Assembly: GCA_003141525.1 (NCBI GenBank)
Contig: PLML01000107.1
Coordinates: forward strand, 1 to 60,502
Source of the DNA: Bacteroidales bacterium
Lineage (GTDB): Bacteria > Bacteroidota > Bacteroidia > Bacteroidales > VadinHA17
Direction: 5' to 3'
Length of the DNA: 60,502 nucleotides
Shown: piece by piece, positions 39,064-48,581 of the stretch
How positions within the stretch are numbered: position 1 is the stretch's first letter
Layout: the number at the start of each line of letters is the position of its first letter
The notes under the pieces: generated by a model
Seen by the model: the letters and a program-made list of their open reading frames with translations, nothing else
Told to the model about the DNA's origin: nothing
Databases searched by the model: none
Translations under genes and position numbers: made by a program

Positions 39064-40008
39064 ATGAGAAAAAATAATTTTAAAGTATCTGTCATAGTCC
39101 CGATATACAATGAGGAAGAATGTATATTGACACTTGCCGAAAGGGTTGTAAAGGTACTTGAAAATTACCATGAGTATGAAATACTTTTTATTGATGATGG
39201 CAGCAAGGATAGTACTTTGGAAATCTTAAGAAAACTGAATTCCGATAATAGAAAAATCAACTTCCTGTCCTTTTCAAGAAATTTTGGACATCAAAATGCT
39301 TTAAGGGCAGGAACTCGACGTGCTGACGGTGATTGTATCATTTCTATTGACGGTGACCTTCAACACCCGCCTGAATTAATACCCGATTTGATTAACAAAT
39401 GGATTGAGGGTTATGATATAGTTTATACAATAAGAAAAGACGGAAAAAAGATTCCGGTTCTTAAAAAGGTTACTTCCAGACTTTTTTATAAGTTAATGAA
39501 TGCAATATCGGATATAAATTTGCAACATGGTGAAGCAGATTTCAGACTACTTGATAAAAATGCAGCTGCCGAGCTGAATAATTTAAATGAAAATGCACTT
39601 TTTTTCCGGGGCATGGTAAAGTGGCTTGGATTTAATCAAACTGGTATTGAATATATTCCCGATGACAGAAAGTGGGGTAAAACGAAATATTCACGGAAAA
39701 AGATGTTTGATCTTGCTATTTCAGGGATAACCAGTTTTAGTATTAAACCTCTTCGTGTCTCTATAATTATTGGCATTTCAATTGCATTTTTATCGCTTCT
39801 GTACGGCCTATATGCTTTATATATCAAATTCTTTACAGACAACTCAATTGAAGGATGGGCCTCGGTTTTTTTTATGGTCACTTTCATCGGAGGTATTCAA
39901 TTAATCATTCTTGGTATTATCGGGGAATATATAGGTAATATATTTCTTGAATCCAAAAAACGTCCGCATTATATAATCAAAGAGGATAGTTCAGACCTTC
40001 TTAAATAA
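39064..40008 (+). CDS. GtrB-like polyprenyl-phosphate glycosyltransferase (GT2)
   Basis: DDGSKD, FSRNFGHQ, DGDLQHPP, DFRL, two TM helices, GIIGEY...KKRP. Confidence 0.9.
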   Translation: MRKNNFKVSVIVPIYNEEECILTLAERVVKVLENYHEYEILFIDDGSKDSTLEILRKLNSDNRKINFLSFSRNFGHQNALRAGTRRADGDCIISIDGDLQHPPELIPDLINKWIEGYDIVYTIRKDGKKIPVLKKVTSRLFYKLMNAISDINLQHGEADFRLLDKNAAAELNNLNENALFFRGMVKWLGFNQTGIEYIPDDRKWGKTKYSRKKMFDLAISGITSFSIKPLRVSIIIGISIAFLSLLYGLYALYIKFFTDNSIEGWASVFFMVTFIGGIQLIILGIIGEYIGNIFLESKKRPHYIIKEDSSDLLK

Positions 40009-40051
40009 GCAGTCAGAAATACCTTTGATAATCAATCAGATAGTTTAATTA

Positions 40052-41557
40052 ATGGCAAACAAGGAGGACAAAATTGTTATAATATCCCTGGTATTACTGG
40101 TTTTTCTTTTTCTTCTTATCTCGAAAACGTTAAACTCCGGTTTCCATTTTGTGGATGATCATGAAGTCATCAAAATCAAAAATGAATTAAAATCAACGTC
40201 ATTAATCACTGTTTCAGAGAACTGGGTAAGAGATGATTTAAATAATAATGGCCGGTTCAGGCCATTCTATTATATCCAAAGGGTGATTGAAACCAAACTG
40301 TTAGGATCGGATTTCTTTTTATGGTCTCTGTACAACGCGATTCTTTTTTGTCTGGCGCTGATTTTCTTCTATCTGGCAATGCGGAACATGAAATTCGGTT
40401 TAGGAGAATCAATTGCATTTTTAATAATAACATTTATTGGTCCCCAGAGCTCTGTCTGGTGGAGATTAGGCCCAGGAGAAAGCCTAGGGATGGCTTTACT
40501 TGGTTTTTCCTTTTATTTTATGTCGAAATCTCTGTATAAGAGGAATTACCAATTATACAATATTCTATTTATCTTATTCCTCATCCTTGCTTCGTTAACC
40601 AAAGAAAGCTTCCTAATAATCATTCCGGCTATAATAATTTTCAAGATTTGGAATGAGAAAACTTATATCTGGTCCTCCTTAAAAGAATCAGTTCATAAAA
40701 ACCTGGTTCTTGTTATACCGCTGGCAATTTTTGCAATAGAGTTAATCATCATTAAATATTATGTGGGAACGGCTTATTCAGGACTTGATACTAATTTTAT
40801 AAACAACATCACCAGTATATTATCGACAAGTTTACACTTTGCAAAAACATATATTAATCTGCTTATTACCGGATTATTAATATTAATGATCAGAAGATAC
40901 TTAAAAAATCCTCCGGTAAGAATTAATCTACTGTCACTTTCTTTTTTGCTGTTGATAATTGCACCTAACATAGTCCTGTATGCGAAGACAGGATTAGTTG
41001 AACGCTATCTGTTACCATCATCGCTGGGTCTAGGTTTTTTTGTTGCTTCCATAATAAAAGGGATTGATAAGGATCAGGTATGGTTTAAGAAAATAGTCCT
41101 GGCATTCATAATTATTTCATTTTTACCTTATATGGTTACCTCTTTTGCCAGTGCAGTAAAATTTTCAAAAGAAGGCTATGCCACCAAAAGACTATTGTCA
41201 GCAGTATCGACAAACTACAGGAAAGGTTCGCAGTTGCTGGTTATTGTCGATCCTGTTGAGTCTTACGAAAAATCGGTTTCACTTAAAACTTATTTATTTT
41301 ATGAGGAAGAAATCGATCTTTTCGGTTATCCTATTGTAAAGGATGATAAAAATGCTGATTACCAGGGATACGTTGATGGGTGGAAATCATATTTTTACGG
41401 AAGTCAATACGAGAATATGACTTCACAGCCTGAACTTCTGATCTTTCTTGATACTAAAATGGTTGACAATTTCTTTGTAAAATCCAACCTTTTAAGGAAT
41501 GAATATCTGCCAGTTAATATGGGTAGCTCGCCTTTTGCTTTATTGAAAAAAATATAG
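40052..41557 (+). CDS. GT-C-type integral membrane glycosyltransferase (GtrII-like)
   Basis: VDD acidic motif after the first TM, GRFRP, TKE, ERY; follows the gtrB-like gene. Confidence 0.6.
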   Translation: MANKEDKIVIISLVLLVFLFLLISKTLNSGFHFVDDHEVIKIKNELKSTSLITVSENWVRDDLNNNGRFRPFYYIQRVIETKLLGSDFFLWSLYNAILFCLALIFFYLAMRNMKFGLGESIAFLIITFIGPQSSVWWRLGPGESLGMALLGFSFYFMSKSLYKRNYQLYNILFILFLILASLTKESFLIIIPAIIIFKIWNEKTYIWSSLKESVHKNLVLVIPLAIFAIELIIIKYYVGTAYSGLDTNFINNITSILSTSLHFAKTYINLLITGLLILMIRRYLKNPPVRINLLSLSFLLLIIAPNIVLYAKTGLVERYLLPSSLGLGFFVASIIKGIDKDQVWFKKIVLAFIIISFLPYMVTSFASAVKFSKEGYATKRLLSAVSTNYRKGSQLLVIVDPVESYEKSVSLKTYLFYEEEIDLFGYPIVKDDKNADYQGYVDGWKSYFYGSQYENMTSQPELLIFLDTKMVDNFFVKSNLLRNEYLPVNMGSSPFALLKKI

Positions 41558-41664
41558 TTGCGATTATTCCCTCTCGCAGATTATAAATTCTTTCCAATTA
41601 TCTAAGCAATTTCTATAAAATCATTAAGTTCCATAAACTATATAAAAAATAAATTCTTTTTCAG

Positions 41665-42642
41665 TTGAATAACTTTTGTACTTTATTTGATTCTTTTTAT
41701 CTCAGCCGGGGGTTGGCTATGTTTGAATCTCTTAATGATCATTCATCAGATTTTCATCTGTTCATTTTTGCATTTGATGGCATAACAAATGAGATTCTTA
41801 TTAGTCTCAATTTGAATAAAGTAACTGTAGTGTCACTGGAAGAATTTGAAACGCCTGAATTAAAAGAGGTAAAGAAGGAGAGGAGCAAAGCAGAGTATTG
41901 CTGGACATGCACTCCTTCCATAATTTATCATGTCTTTAAAAATTATAATGTGTCTGATTGCACCTATATCGACTCAGATCTGCTTTTTTACTCTGATCCT
42001 GCCATACTTTTATCTGAATTGGATCAGCATAAAAAAAATGTCCTGGTCACAGAGCACAGGTTTTCGTATTTGCCTCGATTGTATGAAGAAAAACGGGCAG
42101 GAAGATTCTGTGTCCAGTTTTTGACTTTCAGGAATGAGGAAAGTAGTTTGGGAATCCTGGACAAATGGAGGAAACAATGTATGAATTGGTGCTATGCCCG
42201 GTATGAGGAAGGGAAGTTTGGTGATCAGAAATATCTTGATGAATGGCCTGAAATTTATTCTAATATTCAAATTCTTCAACATTCAGGTGGGGGAATTGCC
42301 CCGTGGAATCTTCAGCAATATATTTTTAGAAAAAATGGGGAATCTATTACTGGAAAGGTTAAGAAAACCGGCACAGCTTTTGAAGTAGTCTTTTATCATT
42401 TTCAATATGTCAAGTTTCTGGAAAATGGTTCTTATGATGTCGGATGGTACCTCATTTCATCACATATTAAGAAATTATTCTATAAACCATACCTGAAGAA
42501 AATTGAAGCTATTGAAACAAAATTGCATAACTTAAATTTAAACTATCATAAAGGCTTCACTAACTTTAAATCCGACAGCTTCAAAAACATTCTGAAAACC
42601 GGAATTAAGAAAGTATTAAGATATAATATAATGAACATCTGA
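41665..42642 (+). CDS. Putative glycosyltransferase (GT-A-like; TTG start)
   Basis: FCTLFD, YCWT, YIDSD (DxD), DQKYLD, APWN, FYHF. Confidence 0.6.
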   Translation: MNNFCTLFDSFYLSRGLAMFESLNDHSSDFHLFIFAFDGITNEILISLNLNKVTVVSLEEFETPELKEVKKERSKAEYCWTCTPSIIYHVFKNYNVSDCTYIDSDLLFYSDPAILLSELDQHKKNVLVTEHRFSYLPRLYEEKRAGRFCVQFLTFRNEESSLGILDKWRKQCMNWCYARYEEGKFGDQKYLDEWPEIYSNIQILQHSGGGIAPWNLQQYIFRKNGESITGKVKKTGTAFEVVFYHFQYVKFLENGSYDVGWYLISSHIKKLFYKPYLKKIEAIETKLHNLNLNYHKGFTNFKSDSFKNILKTGIKKVLRYNIMNI

Positions 42643-42647
42643 GCATA

Positions 42648-43013
42648 ATGGCATATACTATTGATTTGGAAACACATACGGATATTCGTGGGAATCTTAC
42701 GGTTATCGAAAATGTTTTTCCATTTAAGATTGAAAGAGTTTTCTACATTTACGGTGTCGATAAATCAGCACGGGGTGGACACCGGCATCACAAAACCATC
42801 CAGGCAGCTGTGTGCATACAGGGAGAATGTAAAATATATAATAATGATGGTAAAAATGAGAAGGTTTTTCTCCTCAACAAACCATCAAAATGTGTTCTGC
42901 TTGAACCTGCAGACTGGCACCAGATGTATGATTTCTCGGACAATGCCATTTTGATGGTACTCGCATCTGAGAAGTTTGATAAGGATGACTATATATTTGA
43001 AAAATATGATTGA
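42648..43013 (+). CDS. fdtA: FdtA/QdtA-family sugar 3,4-ketoisomerase (cupin)
   Basis: DIRGNL, RVFYIY, RGGHRH, WH, LAS. Confidence 0.85.
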   Translation: MAYTIDLETHTDIRGNLTVIENVFPFKIERVFYIYGVDKSARGGHRHHKTIQAAVCIQGECKIYNNDGKNEKVFLLNKPSKCVLLEPADWHQMYDFSDNAILMVLASEKFDKDDYIFEKYD

Positions 43014-43090
43014 ATACAAATATGTTATTATAATCTTAGTCATATTTTTAACAATGATCATGATTTTCTAAATTACTGGAATGAGGGGAG

Positions 43091-44107
43091 ATGAATAAAT
43101 TAAAATTTGCAATTATCGGGTGCGGCAGAATAGCGGACAGGCATGCCGAACAGATTAACCGCTTAGCCATTTTGCAGGCTGTTTGCGACAAGGTTGAATC
43201 TCGTGCTGTTCAGCTGGGGAAAAAATACAGATCAAAAATATTTTCCAATTATGAGGATTTATTATTGAAAGAAAAAGGTCTGGATGTTATTTCAGTTTGC
43301 ACTCCTAACGGATTACATGCAGAGCAATCGATCAAGGCATTCCGTAATGGATTTCATGTTCTTTGTGAAAAGCCCATGGCAATTAGTGTATTCGATTGTG
43401 GCGAAATGATTAAGGAAGCAGAAAAAGCGAACAAAAGACTTTTTGTTGTTAAACAGAACAGGTATAATCCACCGGTACGTGCAATTAAGGATGCACTTGA
43501 CGAAAACCGGCTTGGAAAAATACTTAGTGTCCAGTTGAACTGTTTCTGGAACAGGAATAAAGATTATTACTCAAAGTCTGAATGGAAGGGAACAATTAAA
43601 CTGGATGGAGGCACGCTCTTCACCCAATACAGTCATTTTATTGACCTGTTATACTGGATGTTCGGAGATATCAGAAGAGTCGAAGCCATGACAAGAAACC
43701 TGAATCATGAAAAAATAATTGAGTTTGAAGATACCGGTGTTGTAATAATAGAGTTTTATAATGGGATCATCGGGACGATAAATTATACTGTTAATAGTTT
43801 TGGGAAAAACATGGAAGGGTCCTTGACAATATTTGGAGAACTTGGAACTGTCAAGATCGGAGGCCAGTATCTGAATGAATTAGAATATCAGAATATTAAG
43901 GATTATAAAATAACTGACATACCAGAAGGAAATCCTCCAAATAATTATGGACAGTATATAGGATCCATGTCAAATCATGATAAAGTATACGAAAATGTTA
44001 TAGATGTACTTGTCAATAATGGCAGCATTGGAACTAATGGATTTGAAGGGCTTAAAACAGTCGAAATAATTGATAAAATCTATACTGCTGCCGGTAGAAA
44101 AAATTGA
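43091..44107 (+). CDS. Gfo/Idh/MocA oxidoreductase (WbpB/WlbA-like sugar 3-dehydrogenase)
   Basis: IGCGRI, TPNGLH, CEKP, VKQNRYN, DGG...Q.SH. Confidence 0.85.
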   Translation: MNKLKFAIIGCGRIADRHAEQINRLAILQAVCDKVESRAVQLGKKYRSKIFSNYEDLLLKEKGLDVISVCTPNGLHAEQSIKAFRNGFHVLCEKPMAISVFDCGEMIKEAEKANKRLFVVKQNRYNPPVRAIKDALDENRLGKILSVQLNCFWNRNKDYYSKSEWKGTIKLDGGTLFTQYSHFIDLLYWMFGDIRRVEAMTRNLNHEKIIEFEDTGVVIIEFYNGIIGTINYTVNSFGKNMEGSLTIFGELGTVKIGGQYLNELEYQNIKDYKITDIPEGNPPNNYGQYIGSMSNHDKVYENVIDVLVNNGSIGTNGFEGLKTVEIIDKIYTAAGRKN

Positions 44108-44125
44108 ACTGCTTAAAGATATCTA

Positions 44126-45223
44126 ATGATACCATTTGTTGATTTATATCTGCAATACAGCGGCATTAAAAGTGAGATAGATAATGCAATAAAAGAATGC
44201 ATAGCAGAAGGGAACTTCATAAAAGGAAAAGCTGTTTCTGATTTTGAATCTGCTTTTGCAGGGTATATTGGTGCCCAGTACTGTCTGGGTTGCGGAAATG
44301 GGACAGATGCACTGGAAATTATTTTAAAATCTCTGAATATTGGTCAGGGAGACGAAGTTATTGTTCCTGCATTAACCTGGATTGCAACTGCCGAAGCCGT
44401 CAATAATGTTGGTGCTGAACCGGTATTCGCAGAGATAAAAGCAAAAAACTATACTATTGACTATAATAGCATTGAGGCAAAAATTACCAAAAAGACCAAA
44501 GCTATAATTCCGGTTCATTTATTTGGTTGTCCGGCCGATATGAATGAAATATTGGAAATAGCCGGGAAATATAGATTATTTGTTATTGAAGATTGTGCCC
44601 AGGCGCATGGAGCAGAGTACTTTGGCAGAAAAGTCGGGACTTTTGGTATTGCATCTGCATTCAGCTTTTTTCCAAGCAAAAACCTTGGGGCATTTGGCGA
44701 TGGCGGAGCTATTTTGACGAATAATAAAGAGCTGGCAAATCTATCAAGAAAAATTTCAAACCATGGCCAGCTCCATGAAAAGCACAGCCATTGTATGGTC
44801 GGCAGAAACAGCCGGTTGGACAGTATCCAGGCTGCTATACTTAATGTCAAATTGAAATACCTGGATGAATGGAACTTAAAGCGCCTGAAAGTCGCATCAT
44901 TTTATATTTCAAGATTAAAGGACAATAATAAATTTACATTACCTCTTACTGAAAAGGATAAAAAACATGTTTATCATCTGTTTGTGGTGAGATGCAGAGA
45001 TAGAGAAAAGCTTATCAGACTTCTTGATGAGAAAAACATATCATGGGGAATCCATTATCCCAAAGCGCTTCCTTTTCTTAACGCTTATAAGTACAAAAAT
45101 CATAAAGCCGAAGACTTTACTATAGTAAGCAGTATCACAGATGAAATTATTTCAATTCCAATTTATCCTGAAATAAAAACAGAACAGCTCAATCTTATAT
45201 GCGATCAAATGCTTAAATTATGA
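44126..45223 (+). CDS. DegT/DnrJ/EryC1/StrS aminotransferase (WbpE/FdtB-like, C3 amination)
   Basis: NGTDAL, EDCAQAHG, SFFPSKNLGAFGDGG, NSRLD, IHYP. Confidence 0.9.
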   Translation: MIPFVDLYLQYSGIKSEIDNAIKECIAEGNFIKGKAVSDFESAFAGYIGAQYCLGCGNGTDALEIILKSLNIGQGDEVIVPALTWIATAEAVNNVGAEPVFAEIKAKNYTIDYNSIEAKITKKTKAIIPVHLFGCPADMNEILEIAGKYRLFVIEDCAQAHGAEYFGRKVGTFGIASAFSFFPSKNLGAFGDGGAILTNNKELANLSRKISNHGQLHEKHSHCMVGRNSRLDSIQAAILNVKLKYLDEWNLKRLKVASFYISRLKDNNKFTLPLTEKDKKHVYHLFVVRCRDREKLIRLLDEKNISWGIHYPKALPFLNAYKYKNHKAEDFTIVSSITDEIISIPIYPEIKTEQLNLICDQMLKL

Positions 45224-46515
45224 TAACCTCCAGGTCCGACGGCTTTAAGAATTTTATTAAGAATGGGGGACTGACTTTTGTCTTTTGTCTTCTATCGGTA
45301 ATTATTTTGCCGATTTATATTCATTACTTACCCGCTGTAATGATCCTTTGGATCATATTCTGGATAATAGAAAACAGATCAGGATTGAAAAAGGAAATCA
45401 TTACTGATAACAAAGCTGCAATTCTATTCTGTATTTTCATTGCGTTCTTCCTTTGGCAGATTTTGGGTCTATTCCTGGCTGAATCATTAAGTACAGGTTT
45501 TGAAAGACTCTTTAAACGACTTTCTTTCCTTCTCTTTCCTTTAGTTCTTTTCTACCCTGGCTCCAGAATCATCAAAAATATCGATCTAATTATAAAAATG
45601 TTTGCTATTAGCACTTTTATTTACATAGTTTATTGTTTTGGAAATGCACTTCATCATTCCCTGATGATTCAAAATCATTATTGGATATTCAATCCACATC
45701 CTTCAGAATATGATTTTGAGAACTATTTTTATGGGGCCCGTCTGTCTGATCCGGTCCATCCTTCCTATCTGGCCATGTATATCGTAATTTCTGCACTGAT
45801 ATCATTTGAATCTTTATTCGATAATTCTCTTACATACTTTAAAAAGGGATTATGGAGTGCTATGATTGTTGTTTTTATCACTGTAATTTACCTTCTTTCA
45901 GCACGTGCTGGAATTCTGGCTGCGGTAATAGTTTTTCCCTTTTATTTTTTATTTAAGTTCTATGCAAGATATCCAAAATGGATAGCGTATATAGGGCTCT
46001 TCACTTTTGCCGTTATCCTGGGAGTAGTGGCATATAAGAATGAAAGAATAAGCTCTTCAATTGAAGGTGTTTCGCAACAAAATTTCCATGAAACACTTAA
46101 AAATGATCCTCGATTGTTAATCTGGAAATCGGCTCTTGGTGTTATTAGGAAAAACCTTGTACTCGGTGTAGGAACAGGTGATGCAACTGATAAGCTGAAA
46201 GAAGAGTTTATTTCACGCGGATATGTTAATGGATTTTACGATAATCTTAACGCTCATAATCAGTTTCTTGAAATTCTTCTCGAAAATGGATTGATTGGAC
46301 TGATTATGTTTTTAGGTATTCTTGTATACATAGCATATATAGCAGTAAATCAGCATAATCTGCTGTTGGGAATGTTCTTAATAACTACTGTGATTTTTTT
46401 TATATTTGAAACCATGCTAAACAGGCTGGCAGGGGTTTCATTTTTTGCTCTGTTTTCTTTTCTTCTTATTTATACCAAACAGATTAAGCTAACCAGACAA
46501 ATCAATGACGATTAG
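45220..46515 (+). CDS. O-antigen ligase family protein (WaaL-like)
   Basis: About 12 TM segments; LSARAG, RLLIW, GVGTG, AHNQFLE. Confidence 0.85.
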   Translation: MITSRSDGFKNFIKNGGLTFVFCLLSVIILPIYIHYLPAVMILWIIFWIIENRSGLKKEIITDNKAAILFCIFIAFFLWQILGLFLAESLSTGFERLFKRLSFLLFPLVLFYPGSRIIKNIDLIIKMFAISTFIYIVYCFGNALHHSLMIQNHYWIFNPHPSEYDFENYFYGARLSDPVHPSYLAMYIVISALISFESLFDNSLTYFKKGLWSAMIVVFITVIYLLSARAGILAAVIVFPFYFLFKFYARYPKWIAYIGLFTFAVILGVVAYKNERISSSIEGVSQQNFHETLKNDPRLLIWKSALGVIRKNLVLGVGTGDATDKLKEEFISRGYVNGFYDNLNAHNQFLEILLENGLIGLIMFLGILVYIAYIAVNQHNLLLGMFLITTVIFFIFETMLNRLAGVSFFALFSFLLIYTKQIKLTRQINDD

Positions 46516-46565
46516 TCAAAATGCTGAAGTACTAAATTTTTAAGGATTAAATGAACTTAAATAAT

Positions 46566-46588
46566 AAAGGGAGCCTAAAACTCCCTTT
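46566..46588. terminator. Probable bidirectional intrinsic terminator
   Basis: aaagggag-cctaaaa-ctcccttt between convergent genes, with A/T tracts on both sides. Confidence 0.75.
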
Positions 46589-46595
46589 TATGTTT

Positions 46596-47621
46596 TTAGT
46601 ACTTTTTATATATCTCTTCGAGATTGCCCCAGTTTGCAACAATAATCAGAATCAACAATGTAAGAAAAAATAAGATTGGTATCGCATATTTACCATAATA
46701 CATGCCTCCATTGTCTCTTTTGGCAGGCAGAGAAAAATCACTTAGTACTGTAACAACTCCTTTATACAAATCTCTTTCAGTTTCTATTTTCTGTTTTCTG
46801 GAATAAAGAGAATAAATATCGCCATAGACTAGCTGAGTCTTCTGTTCCTGCATAAAGACTATCTGTCCCCCGCTTGCCGGCTTCACATTCCGTGTTTCTT
46901 CAAAGTATTTAACCTTTTGTAAACTATCTAATTGTTTTATATCATAACCAAGTCTGGCAAGTAATTCCTGGTTTTGCCTTAAACGAACCCTGTTTCTTTG
47001 CTGGTATAATGAATCGTTCTCTATGAATTTTACAATACCATCTAGTACCAAATTTAAGTCCTGCGGAGAATTAACTTTAACCCGAACATCCATCCGATCC
47101 TGCATTCTGATATTGATAGTATCATATGCGCTGTGATTTCCTTTGTAATCCACATAATCCGGAATGCCATCCCTGCTCTGATCTATGATCCAGTATGCAC
47201 CTATATCCGAAATGTTTTGTACTGATTCAGGTTTCATGGATAAGGCCTGTGACAAAGCTGCTGAATTATTTTCAGCACAAAATGTATGGAGTTTGTTAAT
47301 TTTTGAGATTATTTCAGAGGTTGTACCCGAGTTATCCCTTAATGTCTTCATATCCATGAGCACCAGATTATTTCGGAATACCAGGTCAGAGGTATAGAAT
47401 GAAGCAGAAGTAGTTTTCAAAAGATATGATATCCCAATACCTGCTACAATACTTAATCCCAGTGGTAACCACCGTTTTAACAAAAAAACAACAGTTATAA
47501 GAAAGGCTCTTCCTAAAGCTATAGCCCACCGGTTTAATGTATTTCCCATTCTCCTGAATAGATCCAAAAGATCTATTTCATCATCTCTGACATTTTTATT
47601 TGGTGTTGTGATTTCAGACAT
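46596..47621 (-). CDS. Wzz-like chain-length determinant / polysaccharide co-polymerase
   Basis: N-terminal DDEIDLLDLF, two terminal TM helices, coiled-coil middle. Confidence 0.6.
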   Translation of the reverse strand: MSEITTPNKNVRDDEIDLLDLFRRMGNTLNRWAIALGRAFLITVVFLLKRWLPLGLSIVAGIGISYLLKTTSASFYTSDLVFRNNLVLMDMKTLRDNSGTTSEIISKINKLHTFCAENNSAALSQALSMKPESVQNISDIGAYWIIDQSRDGIPDYVDYKGNHSAYDTINIRMQDRMDVRVKVNSPQDLNLVLDGIVKFIENDSLYQQRNRVRLRQNQELLARLGYDIKQLDSLQKVKYFEETRNVKPASGGQIVFMQEQKTQLVYGDIYSLYSRKQKIETERDLYKGVVTVLSDFSLPAKRDNGGMYYGKYAIPILFFLTLLILIIVANWGNLEEIYKKY

Positions 47622-47647
47622 ATTTTAAAATTGACTTGTTAGTTATA

Positions 47648-47665
47648 CAAATATATTCAAATTTA
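47648..47665 (-). promoter_or_regulatory. Bacteroidota -7 promoter motifs (TAnnTTTG), two copies
   Basis: caaatata and caaattta on the + strand, upstream of the wzz-like gene. Confidence 0.5.
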
Positions 47666-47693
47666 CACTGAATACAAGAATCATTTCAAAGGT

Positions 47694-48557
47694 TCAGAGA
47701 AGTTTGAATACCTTAAGCGCCAGATCGCTCATCAATGGCTTGTAATCCTTAATGAATTCTCCGGTAACACGGTTACCGATAACCAGGCAGATTGTCAAGG
47801 CTTTGTGTCCAAGCAATGCCGACAAACCATAAATGGCAGAACTCTCCATTTCATAGTTGCTGATTGTTCTGCCTCTGTAGGAAAATTCAGCCAGCTTGTT
47901 GTTTATTTCATTATCAAATGTTTCAAGCCTCAGTCTTCTGCCTTGAGGAGCATAAAACCCGGGAGCTGATATTGTTATTCCTTTTTTAAAATCCCTGTTT
48001 TGAAATAATTCTACGAGTTCTTTATTCGCATTTACAGCATAAGGGTAGGAGAGAGTATCAGGCCACTCAAGATATTCAACCAGGGTATCAGATAAACCGG
48101 TATCGAGTATCCAGTCATAACCCTTATAGAAATGTAACAGGCCATCAAAACCAATAGCAGTTTCGGTAAGTATGCATGAACCGGCCGGTACATCAGTTCT
48201 CAGTCCCCCGGATGTTCCAAGCCTTATAAATGTCAGTGAAACTGGATCTTCCTTAATAATACCTGTATTCAAATCAATATTCACAAGAGCGTCAAGCTCA
48301 TTTACCAATATATCAATATTATCAGTTCCTATTCCTGATGAAATGACAGTTATCTCGTTATTTTCGAATGAACCTGTGACAGTATGGAACTCCCTGTTTT
48401 CTTTTCTAACCCTTATATCCTGCATCAATGATGCGAGCATATCAACCCGACCCGGATCACCAACAATAATTATTTTATTGGAAATGTCACCAGGAAGCAG
48501 ATTAAGATGATATATGCTTCCATCCTTATTGGTAATAAGTTCAGTCTTCTTTTGCAT
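47694..48557 (-). CDS. Nucleoside (uridine/purine) phosphorylase family protein
   Basis: YHL, VGDPGRV, REF, GIG, RLGTSG, GFYAPQGR, YEMES. Confidence 0.9.
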   Translation of the reverse strand: MQKKTELITNKDGSIYHLNLLPGDISNKIIIVGDPGRVDMLASLMQDIRVRKENREFHTVTGSFENNEITVISSGIGTDNIDILVNELDALVNIDLNTGIIKEDPVSLTFIRLGTSGGLRTDVPAGSCILTETAIGFDGLLHFYKGYDWILDTGLSDTLVEYLEWPDTLSYPYAVNANKELVELFQNRDFKKGITISAPGFYAPQGRRLRLETFDNEINNKLAEFSYRGRTISNYEMESSAIYGLSALLGHKALTICLVIGNRVTGEFIKDYKPLMSDLALKVFKLL

Positions 48558-48573
48558 AGTGTAAGTTTAGGCT

Positions 48574-48581
48574 CAAATTTA
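48574..48581 (-). promoter_or_regulatory. Bacteroidota -7 promoter motif
   Basis: TAAATTTG on the - strand, 16 bp upstream of the phosphorylase start. Confidence 0.5.
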
